From the IMG/VR virus record IMGVR_UViG_3300031804_000245, positions 1-26,664 of that record: a DNA stretch of 26,664 nucleotides. One strand, given 5' to 3'. Of this stretch, positions 25,833 to 26,664 are shown piece after piece. Below the pieces are notes generated by a model. The model did not search any database. It saw only the letters and a program-made list of their open reading frames with translations, and had not been told where the DNA came from. Positions within the stretch are counted from its first letter, which is position 1, and every line of letters begins with the position of its first letter. The stretch is from a virus. Lineage: Duplodnaviria; Caudoviricetes. The position numbers and the translations under genes were made by a program.

Positions 25833-26664
25833 GTGATTTTTTAAAAAAGATAGTGAAGGACGTTGGAAATGAATATGCAGATTTGGTGTCAGAAGGAATG
25901 GATTCTGATGTTGATCATTTTATTGACACGGGATCGTATGTTTTTAATGCGTTGTTAAGTGGTAGTTTGTATGGTGGACTTCCTTCAAATAAGATAACTG
26001 CCCTCGCAGGCGAAAGTGCCACAGGGAAGACCTACTTTCTTATGGGAGTAATCAAGAGTTTTCTTGACAAGAATCCAAAGGCAGAAGTTGCCTACTTCGA
26101 GTCAGAAAGTGCTATAACTCAACAAATGATTATGGATAGAGGTATTGATCCAGAAAGATTGGCAATTTTTCCTGTTACTACGGTACAGGAATTTAGAACA
26201 CAGTCACTCAAGATTTTAGATGCATATCTTGAAACAGATCGATTTCCATTCTTCCTCGCACTGGACAGTCTTGGAATGATGTCAACATCGAAGGAAATTT
26301 CAGATACGGCAGAAGGTAAGGAAACGAGAGATATGACTAGAGCACAAGTTCTCAAGGCTGCATTTCGTGTTCTGACATTAAAACTTGGACGTGCTAAAGT
26401 GCCTATGGTGATAACTAACCACACGTATGACGTAATTGGTTCTATGTTCCCTACGAAAGAAATGGGTGGTGGTTCTGGACTTAAATATGCTGCATCTTCG
26501 ATTATCTATTTGTCAAGGAAAAAAGAAAAGGACGGCACTGAAGTTATCGGCAATATCATTCACTGTAAGAATCATAAGTCACGTCTGACAGTAGAGAATA
26601 AGATGGTTGATGTTAGGTTGTCATATCGTGATGGTCTAGATAGGTACTATGGTCTACTTGATCT
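25829..26664 (+). CDS. uvsX: RecA-like recombinase UvsX (runs off the right end)
   Basis: Not in the ORF track. ATG 25829 gives [17 protein letters not shown]...[35 protein letters not shown], then LDSLG, DMTRA, TNHTY and [12 protein letters not shown]. Confidence 0.95.
   Translation, partial: MSDFLKKIVKDVGNEYADLVSEGMDSDVDHFIDTGSYVFNALLSGSLYGGLPSNKITALAGESATGKTYFLMGVIKSFLDKNPKAEVAYFESESAITQQMIMDRGIDPERLAIFPVTTVQEFRTQSLKILDAYLETDRFPFFLALDSLGMMSTSKEISDTAEGKETRDMTRAQVLKAAFRVLTLKLGRAKVPMVITNHTYDVIGSMFPTKEMGGGSGLKYAASSIIYLSRKKEKDGTEVIGNIIHCKNHKSRLTVENKMVDVRLSYRDGLDRYYGLLD

Noticed and set aside
1-26664. CRISPR arrays, transposases, integrases, homing endonucleases or stop-codon recoding
   Set aside because: I saw no regularly spaced repeats or such motifs. 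Core genes are intact under the standard code, and the tRNA anticodon is CUG, not a CUA suppressor.

Overview
This is a segment of a T4-like myophage genome. Gene content resembles marine pelagiphage/cyanophage-type relatives, and the host cannot be identified from this window. The right half is the replication module (hsp20, DUF3310, gp45, gp44, gp62, regA, gp43, uvsX). It is interleaved with two 2OG-Fe(II) oxygenases, a DUF6817-like protein, a RimK-like ATP-grasp ligase, an amino-methyltransferase and a QueC-like PP-loop enzyme. The left end carries a modification cluster (MT-A70, carbamoyltransferase, DPPY methyltransferase, SAM methyltransferase, SGNH-like protein), then peptide deformylase, tRNA-Gln(CUG) and the vWA/peptidase plus MoxR AAA+ ('cobT/cobS') pair. 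The most striking element is a ~6.9 kb AT-rich tailoring cassette (7859-14760) bounded by inward-pointing T4 late-promoter motifs. It encodes a small acidic protein, two radical SAM enzymes, a GNAT, four Fe(II)/2OG-type dioxygenases and a convergent SDR. Non-coding signals include three sigma70 promoters with a helically phased upstream palindrome, ATGA exactly 6 nt after five -10 boxes, and a structured hsp20 leader with a candidate pseudoknot and ROSE-like thermometer. All calls come from reading motifs by eye, and no database searches were run.
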